Numbered from the stretch's first letter, positions 1 to 10,798 are shown. The stretch is DNA of 56,052 nt from Fibrobacterales bacterium (GCA_051532055.1 JAOPTX010000024.1:1-56052); one strand, 5' to 3'. Translations and numbers: made by a program. Notes: generated from the sequence alone by a model not told the origin.

Positions 1-2085
1 GATACCATCACAGTTTGTTGGGTCTCCATCCCATCTATTACCTGCGGTATTACCATCATAATCATAAAAGTCCATTTCCATTGCAACCGTTGAGGGCGGG
101 ACAAAGTCATCGGCAAGACAAGAAAAATCAGAGGTGCTACATTCAATAATTCCACCGCAATCGGGATCTTCACAGTCAATAAGTCCATCTGAATCATTGT
201 CTGCACCATCCATACAAAGTGCTTGAGTATTTTCTTGCTGAGGGAGACACACGGCCATACCAAAACACTCTGAGTCTTCACAATCACTATAAGAATCGTT
301 ATCATTGTCAATGCCATCAGTACAAAGTGTGATTGTGTTTTCAGCTTCTGGCATGCAGATAGAAATACCACTACAATCCATGTCGTCACAATCTATTGCA
401 CCATCGTTGTCATTATCAAATCCATCGGAACATGCTGCATAGGTATTTTCTCCATCGGGAAGACATGCTGAGATGCCACTGCAATCAAGGTCGTCACAAT
501 CGATATCTGAATCATTATCGTTGTCGAGGCCATCAGTACAACGGGCGTAGGTATTCTCACCTTCAGGAAGACAAAATTCCATTGCGCTACAGTGTGGGTC
601 GGCGCAATCGGTTAAGCCATCGTTGTCATTATCATAGTTATCCTGGCAGAGTGTTGCAGTGTTCTCTTGTTGAGGGAGACATGCAGCAATAGCAGCACAT
701 TCGGTGTCGAGGCAGTCAGTAGAACCATCATTATCATTGTCAATATCATCAGTACAGAGGGCATTGGTGTTTTCAGCCGTAGGGAGACATACAGAAATAC
801 CACTACAGTCCATGTCGTCACAGTCAATAGCATTGTCATCATCATTGTCTATACCGTCTGTACAGGTGAGGTAGGTGTTCTCACCATCGGGGAGGCACGC
901 CGAAATGCCACTGCAATCCATGTCTTCACAATCTATAGCATCATCATTATCATTATCTATCCCGTCGGTACAGGTAGCAAAAGTATTTTCGCCCTTTGGT
1001 TTGCAAAACTCCATTGCGCTACAGTGTGGGTCGGCGCAATCGGTTAAGCCATCGTTGTCATTATCATAGTTATCCTGGCAGAGTGTTGCAGTGTTCTCTT
1101 GTTGAGGGAGGCATGCAGCAATAGCAGCACATTCGGTGTCGAGGCAGTCAGCAGAACCATCATTATCATTGTCAATATCATCAGTACAGAGAGCATTGGT
1201 GTTTTCAGCCGTAGGGAGACAAACAGATATACCACTACAGTCCATGTCGTCACAGTCAACAGCATTGTCATCATCATTGTCTATTCCGTCTGTACAGGTG
1301 AGGTAGGTATTTTCTCCATCGGGGAGGCATGCAGAGATTCCACTGCAATCCATGTCTTCACAATCTATTGCTTCATCATTATCATTATCTATCCCATCGG
1401 TACAGGTAGCAAAAGTATTTTCCCCTTCTGGTTTGCAAAATTCCATTGCGCCACAGTTTGGGTCTTCACAGTCTGTTAAATCGTCGTAATCATTGTCATA
1501 ATTATCTTGGCAGAGTTGGGCAGTATTTTCAATTGTTGGTAGACAATGGGCTATGCCTTCACAATCCTTGTCTGCACAGTCAATATCTGAATCGGTATCA
1601 TTGTCGATACCATCACTACAGAGTGCAGATGTATTTTCAGTGCCTTCAGGAATAACGCAGTGGACAAAGCCTTCACAATCGCTATCATCACAATCTACTA
1701 AGTTATCGCCGTCATTGTCAATGAAGTCACTACACAGAGCAAGGGTACTTTCAACAACTTCAGAGGTAATACATCCATCATGACAATCAGAATCAGCGCA
1801 ATCAATTAATCCATCGTTATCATTATCAATAGTGTCGGTACAATTGGTTTCGGGGAGACAAAATTCCATGAGTGAACAATCGCTGTCAGCACAATCAATA
1901 GCGTCATCATTGTCATTGTCCAATGAGTCGCGGCAGGCTTCAATTGAAGTCTCAGGTTCAAATTCAATTTTTAAGGTAATGTCAGACTTTTGTTCTAACG
2001 CTATATAATCATCAGTACTTGATATGCAGTTACTGAGTATTAAGGTAAGTAAAAGTAATAAAGTGGTTATAAAATCCTGTTTCAT
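1..2085 (-). CDS. Cys/Asp-rich repeat lipoprotein (17 repeats of ~36 aa); 3' end runs off the window
   Basis: Not in the ORF track. Manual translation from ATG at 2085 gives MKQDFITTLLLLLTLILSNC (lipobox-like), with GGGGGA upstream. Then come repeats of ENTxxxCxDxxDNDxDxxxDCxDxxCxxxxxC, and the frame stays open to base 1. Confidence 0.9.
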   Translation of the reverse strand, partial: MKQDFITTLLLLLTLILSNCISSTDDYIALEQKSDITLKIEFEPETSIEACRDSLDNDNDDAIDCADSDCSLMEFCLPETNCTDTIDNDNDGLIDCADSDCHDGCITSEVVESTLALCSDFIDNDGDNLVDCDDSDCEGFVHCVIPEGTENTSALCSDGIDNDTDSDIDCADKDCEGIAHCLPTIENTAQLCQDNYDNDYDDLTDCEDPNCGAMEFCKPEGENTFATCTDGIDNDNDEAIDCEDMDCSGISACLPDGENTYLTCTDGIDNDDDNAVDCDDMDCSGISVCLPTAENTNALCTDDIDNDNDGSADCLDTECAAIAACLPQQENTATLCQDNYDNDNDGLTDCADPHCSAMEFCKPKGENTFATCTDGIDNDNDDAIDCEDMDCSGISACLPDGENTYLTCTDGIDNDDDNAIDCDDMDCSGISVCLPTAENTNALCTDDIDNDNDGSTDCLDTECAAIAACLPQQENTATLCQDNYDNDNDGLTDCADPHCSAMEFCLPEGENTYARCTDGLDNDNDSDIDCDDLDCSGISACLPDGENTYAACSDGFDNDNDGAIDCDDMDCSGISICMPEAENTITLCTDGIDNDNDSYSDCEDSECFGMAVCLPQQENTQALCMDGADNDSDGLIDCEDPDCGGIIECSTSDFSCLADDFVPPSTVAMEMDFYDYDGNTAGNRWDGDPTNCDGI
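140..1960. repeat. Coding tandem repeat array: ~108-bp unit with a 432-bp higher-order period
   Basis: ~572-1010 and ~1004-1442 are near-identical. Shadow ORFs 612..845/1044..1277 and 667..1047/1099..1479 are offset by exactly 432 bp. Confidence 0.9.
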
Positions 2086-2488
2086 CAAATCCCCCCAGAT
2101 TATCGAATGGTATTTATTATGAGTATGTGTTAGTGTTGCTATAATATACATCACATAGTGTCCTAAAGACACTAATATATTGTGTGATCAAGTAAGTTTA
2201 CACTGGTTTACACTGGCTCAATGTGAAGATAAGTGCAAAAGGGCTCATCTAACCTGCATAAACAACATTCCTTAATACCTATATGAAATACTGTAATAAT
2301 TTGTTGAGCCTGCTATTGTATAGTCGTGGCTCGACGTGTTCTAAACGCGGATAGTCTTTAGAGGACCTCTAATTACTCTAAAATGAAAGTTTGTTGGGAT
2401 AGTTTATGTTTATATTACATTTAGGCCTGTATTTAGAATAGATTAATGTGTGGGGTATTACGCTGGTGAAGGTCAAGGGGACACTGTT

Positions 2489-4153
2489 ATGAATATTTTG
2501 CCATTTTTATTTTTTTTTCTCTTTCTATTTTCTTGTTCTAATGATCAATTTCCAATGGAATCTAACGGCTCATCTAATGAATCATCACAAATAGAAATGA
2601 GTTCTTCGGATGGAACTACTCCTGATAGTCCTGAATACAATAGTTCAGATGACCAATCTCAATACCTTTCCTCAGAAGGTACTCACATTTCAGAATCAAG
2701 TGCAACCGAAGACCGATCATCTAAGGATGATACTATGGGCTCTTCCTTTCTTCAAGGAAGTTCAGTATCGAGCCTTCAAGAATCGTCATCTATAGTGAGT
2801 AGCTCATCATCAAGTGCATATGTTGAGTATGATTTTGATAGAATCGAAGCTGAAGATTTTACTGATCAACAAGGTGAGATAGATAACAGCTCTACTATAA
2901 TTAGATATTTCGGAACAGGAGATGTTGCGATATATGAAGATATCGATTTTGGTCCTGGGGCACGAAGTTTCATAGTTAATCTTGCCCAAAGCTGGGGTGA
3001 GTCTGATGGTACCGCAAAGATCAAGGTATATGTTGATGATTTAGAAAGTGCCCCTATTGGAACGTTAGATGTTGCAGAAACAGAAAATTGGAGTGATTTT
3101 CAAAACCAGATTATTGGAATTACGCCCACGTCTGGTACTCATACGCTCTACCTGGAAGCGATACATGCAACGGGGGCTGGAGACATTGATTGGTTTCAAC
3201 TCTCTACTGGCGCACTTCCCACAGCCCCTCCCAAACCTTCAAGTCTCACTCTTACCGTAACAGGTCAAACGACCATTACAGTAAATTGGGATGGCCTATC
3301 AGATGATACAGAAGGCTTTAATATTTATTGGTCAACAGGTGATACGCGTCCGAGTCAACCCAATGCTCAAGTGGATGAAAAGAGTACAACGTATGAGATA
3401 GAGGGCCTCTTTCATAGTACGCAATATACGGTGTGGGTAAGTGCATATAATACCCTTGTGGGTGATCCTATCAGTGAAAGTGCAACTACGGACCAAGGAG
3501 AAAGTTCTGGCATCATTAAGGTTATGTCGTTGAACCTGTATGCTCATAAAACACTACCGCAACATGCGGGTGATTATGCAGACCTCATTAATTCACGGGA
3601 TGTTGATGTGGTTGGTGTGCAAGAAGGGGTGGACGACTGGGAGCTTGGTATAGGACCAGGGGAGATGCCTTGGAATTATGGCGCAGCTAATGATATTGGG
3701 AATGCTCTTGATGGGTGTTGGGATCAAAAATATCAGATCTTTATCAATACCTGTAAAGGTAATTCTTTTGTGGACACTCATCGATTTGACTTAACAGATG
3801 GGCCTAAGGCAACACGAACAGGAGAAACAGCAATTATTAGTAAAAATGGGCAGCGCTATGCCTTTATAGATATCCATTGGGATCATCAATCGAACACTAC
3901 CAAAATGAAAAACTCCGAGGAGACTGCTGCAGAAGCCAATCTCACTCCAGACATACCGACAATTGTTCTGGGCGATTTTAATTCTGGATGTACCGGGTCA
4001 GAGGTTCAAGGTCTCGTATCTAATGCGGGTATGACCTTATTAGGTGATGCAGGAATTGACTGTATTTTAGTAAGAGGTGTTTCGGGGACATCAGAACGTT
4101 TTAGTGGGTGGCCATCTGATCATCCTTCTTTGGATGCAACGTTACAGTATTAG
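2489..4153 (+). CDS. Lipoprotein: Ser-rich linker, CBM6-like, FN3 and endonuclease/exonuclease/phosphatase (EEP) domains
   Basis: Start moved to MNILPFLFFFLFLFSC (lipobox). CBM6-like RIEAEDF...IDFG...GTHTLYL...DIDWFQ; FN3 ITVNW...YTVWVSAYN; EEP motifs MSLN, GVQE, GDFN, SDH. Confidence 0.8.
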   Translation: MNILPFLFFFLFLFSCSNDQFPMESNGSSNESSQIEMSSSDGTTPDSPEYNSSDDQSQYLSSEGTHISESSATEDRSSKDDTMGSSFLQGSSVSSLQESSSIVSSSSSSAYVEYDFDRIEAEDFTDQQGEIDNSSTIIRYFGTGDVAIYEDIDFGPGARSFIVNLAQSWGESDGTAKIKVYVDDLESAPIGTLDVAETENWSDFQNQIIGITPTSGTHTLYLEAIHATGAGDIDWFQLSTGALPTAPPKPSSLTLTVTGQTTITVNWDGLSDDTEGFNIYWSTGDTRPSQPNAQVDEKSTTYEIEGLFHSTQYTVWVSAYNTLVGDPISESATTDQGESSGIIKVMSLNLYAHKTLPQHAGDYADLINSRDVDVVGVQEGVDDWELGIGPGEMPWNYGAANDIGNALDGCWDQKYQIFINTCKGNSFVDTHRFDLTDGPKATRTGETAIISKNGQRYAFIDIHWDHQSNTTKMKNSEETAAEANLTPDIPTIVLGDFNSGCTGSEVQGLVSNAGMTLLGDAGIDCILVRGVSGTSERFSGWPSDHPSLDATLQY

Positions 4154-4257
4154 TTTCCCGTGTGTGGACATTCATGTCCTTACCTGCAAAAATTACTCGT
4201 TGTGACATGAAGTGTGAAAAATTAGTTTATTATCACACAATGAATATCGAGGGTAAT

Positions 4258-5718
4258 ATGCGTATTCTTATTTTTATAATAATTAGTATCGGTACAATTT
4301 GGGCGGCTCCATTTCAAAATGCTCCAGGTAATGGTGGAATAAGTGATTCAGAAGCAGGTTCGCATTATTCACTCGTAAACCCAAATGCAACTGACGAGGC
4401 TCGTGGGCTTATGCGTTATTTAAGTGCTATTTATGGGAATCATGTGATTACAGGGCATCAGGCTTCATACACTTGGGCGACAGCAGAAGATGAGTTATCC
4501 ACGATTCAGAATTGGACTGGAGAAACCCCAGCGATGCGTGGCTTTGATTATATGGATGTTATAAATGGCTGGGGGGCCCCTCATGGAGACAAAGCATTAG
4601 AATGGGGAGAGTCTGGTGGCATTGTACATATGTGCTGGCATTGGAGACTTGGAGGTGGAGATTTTTATTCACCAGCTCATAATGGTAATCAAACATTTCC
4701 CGATGGGGATCCTGAGAATAATGCAACGATTAATGATGACTTAAAAAAATTGGGTGATGAATTGCAAAAGTTCAGTGATGCTAATATTCCTGTGTTGTGG
4801 CGTCCAATTCATGAACCACCAGGGGACTGGTTTTGGTGGCATACGGCTGGAAGTGATAGATATGTTCGCCTCTGGAAGCACATGTATAAGTATTTAGTAG
4901 AAGAGCGTGGTTTAAATAACCTTATTTGGGTCTACTCAGGTGCGGACAACTCAGGATATAATGACAATAATTGGTATCCTGGCAATGAATATGTCGATAT
5001 AATTGGTGTTGATGGATATGGTGAGAAATGGCAAACCTATTGGGATGGATTATGGAGTCTTAGTGATAAAGGTGCACGCATGGCTGCCATGACTGAAAAT
5101 AAGAGATTCCCCCCATGGAATGAATCATATCCTTATCTTTTTTCAACGGGTTGGAATAATGAAATATTTAGTGCTCTTGGTGATGGGGATTTCAAAGAGC
5201 ACTATAATAATGAACACGCATTAAACTATGATGACTTGCCTACTCAAAATGGTCAAGCGACATGGGATCAAATGTTAAATACTCAGGGAGAATATAGTTC
5301 TAGTTCTGAAGAGGGCTCCTCTGCCAAAAATGAAATAGTTAATGGGAGTAGCGAGAGTATTGAGACAAGTAGCGAAGTAATTGAATTAAGTGGCGATGAA
5401 GTTGAATTAAGTAGTGTGAGTACTGTGCTGAGTAGTTCTATTATGGAAGTAAGCAGTACCGCATTTGAATCAGTTTCATCCTCTGAACAGACAGCTGGAA
5501 TCAATATCAATAATGTTGAGGGAATATTAAATTCTTCGATTGTGTTTTTAAATAATTTTCAAGGAAACACTATTAAGGTTCCGGTGCAGGCGAAAAAATA
5601 TTTTGTGTATAGCCTTACAGGGGTGTTACTGCATTTAGGTGATGTTTCAAGTAATCTATATGTATCAATTCCACAATCAGTTTCGCAAAATAGTATGCTT
5701 ATTGTCTTTAAAAATTAA
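4258..5718 (+). CDS. Secreted GH26 glycoside hydrolase (beta-mannanase-like) with Ser-rich linker and C-terminal sorting-like domain
   Basis: Signal peptide MRILIFII...; GH26 motifs WHW, LWRPIHE..GDWFWW, WYPGNEYVDIIGVDGY, and nucleophile-region AMTE. Confidence 0.88.
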   Translation: MRILIFIIISIGTIWAAPFQNAPGNGGISDSEAGSHYSLVNPNATDEARGLMRYLSAIYGNHVITGHQASYTWATAEDELSTIQNWTGETPAMRGFDYMDVINGWGAPHGDKALEWGESGGIVHMCWHWRLGGGDFYSPAHNGNQTFPDGDPENNATINDDLKKLGDELQKFSDANIPVLWRPIHEPPGDWFWWHTAGSDRYVRLWKHMYKYLVEERGLNNLIWVYSGADNSGYNDNNWYPGNEYVDIIGVDGYGEKWQTYWDGLWSLSDKGARMAAMTENKRFPPWNESYPYLFSTGWNNEIFSALGDGDFKEHYNNEHALNYDDLPTQNGQATWDQMLNTQGEYSSSSEEGSSAKNEIVNGSSESIETSSEVIELSGDEVELSSVSTVLSSSIMEVSSTAFESVSSSEQTAGININNVEGILNSSIVFLNNFQGNTIKVPVQAKKYFVYSLTGVLLHLGDVSSNLYVSIPQSVSQNSMLIVFKN

Positions 5719-6159
5719 CATTCTATTTTGGATAACCACCTTTAATTGTTACGTGCCCTCGTCCCTAGAAGGTTGGTTGTCCAAAATAGTACTCATAAAA
5801 GTTCGCTTTGTAGTTACGGTGCTATAAAGTAAAGGCCGCAAAATCCCGAATGGCAAAATAAAAAGTGCAAAAACATATTAGATATATCAGACCATGCTAT
5901 AAGGTTTTTTGATTGTCGGTTTTTAGGTCGTTTAGGTCGTTTAGGTATCAAAAATCATACTTGAGTTTATTGTAGTAAGGGAGCAGTGAATAAAAAAAAG
6001 GGGGAAGGCTAAGGTCAAATAAGTCAAACTAATAGACTATATACTATAATTTTAGTGCAGAATACCCATAGAAGTATTACAATAACATATATTGAGTAAA
6101 ACAAAAGTTTACATTCCTAATTGCCTTATGGGCAATTTGTTCAGGAAGTGGGGTAAAGT

Positions 6160-9100
6160 TTGTTAGGGACGCCGTTTAAATTGATACAGAGAGCTTGTAT
6201 TGTATTCAGTATTGTACTGATTCATGTGCTCTATGCTGCGCCCATGACCGATGGTCAATCTATCAATGGGGTTACTTATGATATGCCCTGGTACGAAATC
6301 AAAAATGTTGCGGGTGATGCCACCATCTTTCTCATCGATAAAGATGGTGATATGTATCTCGATGCAGATGCCATTGCGGTATCTTCGGCTATTACCGGTC
6401 CCTTTGCAAATAGCTTAATTATTGAGGATGCAGGCGATGAGATCTTTGTGATCAATGCGGCCAATGCTTATTTCAGTGGTAAGGTCTATCCTAATTTTGC
6501 AACGCTTCCTACTATGGATGGCGACGACATGGTCATTCAAAATGTTGCAGGTACTCCTGTTGCTATTTTTGATGGCGGAGATAATTCGCTCTATCTTTCG
6601 GGAAATGCAACGCATGATGCGGTAACAGTAGAACCACGTAACGCTCTTGCATTTGCAGGGGCGACACGTGCAGCTGGTTCCTATCCGGCGGGTACTCACG
6701 AACATGTAGTGCTCCCCAGTATGGCCATTGATTTTTCAGCGGGAATTACCTTTGAAGGGTGGTTCTATTTTGATGCACTGCAAAATTGGGCGCATCCTGT
6801 GAGTATGAGTGATGGTACCAATAGTTTTCAAATACTGCATCATAGTACGAATGCAACACTGAGATTTAATACGGTAAATTCAACGAGCTCAGAGTGGATT
6901 GAAGCAACGGGAATTATAGATCTCAATAGCTGGATTCATATTGCCTATACGGTAACACCGACAGGTGGAGGTGTTGCAACGGGCCGGCTCTATAAAAATG
7001 GTCTACTTATTGATACTGATGCAGGGCAACGGTCCTTTCCCAATACTACCTGGACCACAGGAATGTTAGCGTGGGGGTCTGGAACTGATGGCAATATGTC
7101 CTTTGATGGCAAACTTGATGAATTCAGATTGTGGAATGATGTGCGTAGTCAGTCAGAAATACAAGCAGATATGTTTACCACCTACGGAACATTGGTAGAT
7201 AACACGAATCTTGCAGCCTATTGGGATTTTAATGATGTTCTGGGGTCACAGCTTATTGATGCGCATAGTGGGAGCTTTCACGGTACCCTTCAGGATATGA
7301 ATTCTGATGCATGGCAATCGACATTTGGCATGCACACCTTAACCGTGTCAAATGGAGGTAATGGTTCAATTTCACCATCAGGCGCTACGACCGTTGCTGA
7401 AACTCAAACATATCCTATAACGGCAACCCCTGATGCAGGCTATGTATTTGACAGTTGGACTAAGCCAACGAATCCGGGAAATTGCACAATTGCCGATGAT
7501 GCTTCTGCATCAACTACTGTGGTACTGACCGGAGATGGTGAGGTACAAGCTAACTTTATTCCAACACCAAATAACTGTCTCGATTTTCTTGGAGCTACAA
7601 ATACTGCGGGAACCTATTCTGGTAATCCCAATCAATATGTCGATATTCCTGATCTCAACTTTCAATCTACGGGTTCATACACTGTTGAAGCGTGGATTAA
7701 ATGGGATGCACTACAGAATAATGCTCGTCCATTACTCTTTAGGGGGAGTGTTGATTCGGTAAATGAAAATGGTAGTTCTGATGGTTTTGTTATTCAGGGT
7801 GTCGGTTCGGGAACAACGGTACGTTTTGGGGTCTATGAGCAAAGTGGTGCGGGGGCTCAGCTTGATATAGGAAGTTATATTACTACAGGTACATGGACAC
7901 ATGTAGCACTTTCGGCCATAAGTAGTGGCAAAATTATTGCCTACAAAAATGGTGCAAAAATGGATTCGGCAACAACCACTGCATTTGTGGGTGATGGAGC
8001 AACGGTGTTTAATCGTATTGCCTCAGGAACAATGCAGGCAAATGATGAATCGTTTGATGGACAAATTGATCAGGTGCGCATCTGGACTGATATTCGTACG
8101 CAAGCAGAAATTAAAGCGGATATGTTTAATGAGTATAGTGACCTCGAAGCGAGTGATAACTTGTTGGCTTATTGGGATTTTAATAGTGTCAGTGGGGATA
8201 CACTATTTGAAAGTACTGGTACTTATGATGGCGTACTCACTGATATGGCAAATGATGATTGGGTGAGTTCTTATTCTACTAACATTCTTACCATAGCGTC
8301 ATCAACAAATGGATCGGTTTCGCCAAGTGGGGCAAAACAACTGGGTGATGGATGGTCAAAATCGGTTATTGCAACTGCGGATGCAGGATATAATTTTCAA
8401 TACTGGGCCAAAACGGCAGGATCGGGTACTGTTGTAATAGGTGATACGACTGCTGCATCAACAACAATAACGGTTACCGGTGGTGATGCTACCGTAACAG
8501 CCTATTTTGATTACACTACTTGGGCAAACAACTCAACCATAACATTGAACACCACCGAGCAATACGCAAATGTAACCTCAACAAAAACTGATTTTCCTGT
8601 GCTCATCAGGCTCACTACGGGAGATTTTACCTTTGCCAATGCGCGAGGGAATGGAGAAGATGTCAGATTTACTACTGCAGCAGATGTACCGATAGACTAT
8701 GAAATTGAACGGTGGGATAGCACTAATGCACTCGCAGAAATTTGGGTGAATGTTCCATCAATTGCGGCAAATAGTACCACTGATATTAAAATGTTTTGGG
8801 GGCGCGCAGAGCCTGTCAGTGAAAGTGATGGTGAAGCGGTGTATCTTACAGCCGGTTCCTATCAAGGTGTTTGGCACTTAGGCGAAGAGGGCGATGCAGG
8901 AGTGGATGGGTTTAAAGATGCCACATCAAATAATTATGATCTCTCGGGGAGTAATCTTGAAGCAACTGATGATGTTGAAGGGGTTGTAGGTAAGGGGATT
9001 TCATTTGATGGTGTTGATGAATATATTCAAAGAAACCATGTTCCGGTCTCGGCCTATCCGTTTACCTTTTCTGGGTGGGTTAAGTCTTCAAATTCTACTG

Positions 9101-10431
9101 ATGGTTCAGGGCTTGTATTCTTAGGTGATATTGATGTGACGAATGAATATTGTCAGCTTGTTGTAAATAGTGCGGGGTATGCAGATGCCCGTGCGAGAAA
9201 TACTACTGCATATGGTGCAACATCATCAAGGACTGTGGATGATGGAAACTGGCATCATCTTGTTGCGGTATTTTCCAATGCAACGACTCGTAAGATCTAT
9301 GTAGATGGTGTGTTAGAAAATACAGAAAGCACAAGTGTGACGGTGCCAGCAATTGATCGAGTTGCAATTGGACGGCGTAGTTCCAGTAGTCCGACTAACT
9401 ATACGAATGGGGTTATTGATGAAGTACACATTGCAAATGCCACACGTGGAGCCCAATATGTGAAACTCGCTTTTGAAAATCAGCGTGCCGAAAACTATTT
9501 GATTAATCCTCGTACTTCACGAACCCTCACTCTTGGTGCTGGTACGGGTGGTTCAGTTGCCAACTCTGGCGGTAATGTGGTCTATGATGATGCGGTATTT
9601 ACCTTGAGTGCTACACCAGCTGCAAATTATGTATTTACTAACTGGACAAAAACTGCGGGTGCTGGTATTGCGACAATAATAGATGCAGATGCAGCAAGTA
9701 CTACCGTTAGAATTACGGGTGGTGACGTTACTCTTCAAGCTAATTTTACTTCGACAATTCGAACCATAACCGTTACTAATGATGGCAATGGATCAAATGT
9801 TCCTACAGGTGGACAGACGGTAAATGACCTTCAAAACTTATCAATTAGGGCATCGCTCACTGTGGATAATATGGAATTTAATAACTGGACAGTTACGAGT
9901 GGTTCAGCAACAATTGCTGATGCAAATGCATTTTCTACAACGGTAAATGTTAATGGTGGTGATGCGACAGTGCGAGCTAACTATAAAACTATTGTGGGTA
10001 ACTATCTTATGAAGCCACGTCATTCAACTAATAAATGTGCAGATGTTTCAGGTGGTGTTGGTAATCAGGGAGATGATATCCAGCAATATGATTGTAATGG
10101 TTCTAATGCTCAAACATTTGCAGTAGAAGAAGCCGTAACAGGGTGGCACGGCATTAAAACTATTACTACATGGCGTGTGTGGGACCGGGTTGTTGGAGGA
10201 AATGGAAGTAATATCAACTTATGGGACTTTACCATAGGGGCTACGAATAGACAATGGAAATTTGTTCCCGTAGGCACGGCGGCTGCAGATGAAGGCTACT
10301 ATAGAATTGTGAGCCGTAATGATGGCAAATGTGCTGATGTATCGGGCTATAGTACTTCAAATGGCGCAACGATACACATGTGGGATTGTAACACTGCTGA
10401 TAATCAGGAGTTTAAATTTGTACGGCCATAG
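6160..10431 (+). CDS. Large secreted multidomain lectin/adhesin: unknown N-domain, 3 LamG-like, DUF2341, InlB-B-like beta repeats, C-terminal ricin-B lectin
   Basis: LamG motifs (TFEGW, WxHxA, FDGKLDEFRLW); DUF2341 (DFPVLIRL...YEIERWD...IWVNVP); ATPxAGYxFxxW repeats; ricin-like CADVSG...IQQYDC/IHMWDC. Confidence 0.8.
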   Translation: MLGTPFKLIQRACIVFSIVLIHVLYAAPMTDGQSINGVTYDMPWYEIKNVAGDATIFLIDKDGDMYLDADAIAVSSAITGPFANSLIIEDAGDEIFVINAANAYFSGKVYPNFATLPTMDGDDMVIQNVAGTPVAIFDGGDNSLYLSGNATHDAVTVEPRNALAFAGATRAAGSYPAGTHEHVVLPSMAIDFSAGITFEGWFYFDALQNWAHPVSMSDGTNSFQILHHSTNATLRFNTVNSTSSEWIEATGIIDLNSWIHIAYTVTPTGGGVATGRLYKNGLLIDTDAGQRSFPNTTWTTGMLAWGSGTDGNMSFDGKLDEFRLWNDVRSQSEIQADMFTTYGTLVDNTNLAAYWDFNDVLGSQLIDAHSGSFHGTLQDMNSDAWQSTFGMHTLTVSNGGNGSISPSGATTVAETQTYPITATPDAGYVFDSWTKPTNPGNCTIADDASASTTVVLTGDGEVQANFIPTPNNCLDFLGATNTAGTYSGNPNQYVDIPDLNFQSTGSYTVEAWIKWDALQNNARPLLFRGSVDSVNENGSSDGFVIQGVGSGTTVRFGVYEQSGAGAQLDIGSYITTGTWTHVALSAISSGKIIAYKNGAKMDSATTTAFVGDGATVFNRIASGTMQANDESFDGQIDQVRIWTDIRTQAEIKADMFNEYSDLEASDNLLAYWDFNSVSGDTLFESTGTYDGVLTDMANDDWVSSYSTNILTIASSTNGSVSPSGAKQLGDGWSKSVIATADAGYNFQYWAKTAGSGTVVIGDTTAASTTITVTGGDATVTAYFDYTTWANNSTITLNTTEQYANVTSTKTDFPVLIRLTTGDFTFANARGNGEDVRFTTAADVPIDYEIERWDSTNALAEIWVNVPSIAANSTTDIKMFWGRAEPVSESDGEAVYLTAGSYQGVWHLGEEGDAGVDGFKDATSNNYDLSGSNLEATDDVEGVVGKGISFDGVDEYIQRNHVPVSAYPFTFSGWVKSSNSTDGSGLVFLGDIDVTNEYCQLVVNSAGYADARARNTTAYGATSSRTVDDGNWHHLVAVFSNATTRKIYVDGVLENTESTSVTVPAIDRVAIGRRSSSSPTNYTNGVIDEVHIANATRGAQYVKLAFENQRAENYLINPRTSRTLTLGAGTGGSVANSGGNVVYDDAVFTLSATPAANYVFTNWTKTAGAGIATIIDADAASTTVRITGGDVTLQANFTSTIRTITVTNDGNGSNVPTGGQTVNDLQNLSIRASLTVDNMEFNNWTVTSGSATIADANAFSTTVNVNGGDATVRANYKTIVGNYLMKPRHSTNKCADVSGGVGNQGDDIQQYDCNGSNAQTFAVEEAVTGWHGIKTITTWRVWDRVVGGNGSNINLWDFTIGATNRQWKFVPVGTAAADEGYYRIVSRNDGKCADVSGYSTSNGATIHMWDCNTADNQEFKFVRP

Positions 10432-10537
10432 ACGCTTGCCAGGTGCTCCTTGCATATTCCTCTAAAGAAAACTACATTTGTCTCACTCTGGATTTTCTGT
10501 CCAGTCCCCAATTTTCCATTACCACAGAGGCAGTAAG

Positions 10538-10798
10538 ATGAACGTATTTAAAGTGAACAAAGTACCAATGGAACTCTGGAAACTAGTAAAGCTTAATAAA
10601 TGGGCAGAAAGTGGTCCTGCGGCTCAAGAGCTTGTTACAACAGGTGCAGTGACGCTCAATGGTGAAAAAGAGACTCAAAAACGCAAGAAAATTATTGTGG
10701 GTCATGTACTCAAATACAAAGAGTCAGAGATCAAAATTGAGCTGTACTCTCAAGAAGAGCGTATCTCAAAAAGTAAGGCTCGCCCCAAAAAGCACTAA
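10538..10798 (+). CDS. S4-domain RNA-binding protein (YbcJ/YaaA-like)
   Basis: ELWKLVKL...ESG..AQELV..GAVTLNGEKETQKRKKI; start placed at MNVFKV. Confidence 0.8.
   Translation: MNVFKVNKVPMELWKLVKLNKWAESGPAAQELVTTGAVTLNGEKETQKRKKIIVGHVLKYKESEIKIELYSQEERISKSKARPKKH

Noticed and set aside
396..1783. Short ORF-track ORFs in the repeat region (and similar short ORFs throughout the window)
   Set aside because: They are alternative-frame or antisense shadows of longer genes with clear motifs.
140..1960. Repeat array as CRISPR or non-coding array
   Set aside because: The units are in-frame coding repeats with no constant repeat/unique spacer structure, and no cas genes are present.
2197..2216. TTTACACTGG direct repeat in the divergent intergenic region
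   Set aside because: Only two copies and no identifiable cognate regulator; could be chance.
5922..5946. TTTAGGTCG microrepeat upstream of the large adhesin
   Set aside because: Fewer than three copies; too short to support phase variation or an operator claim.
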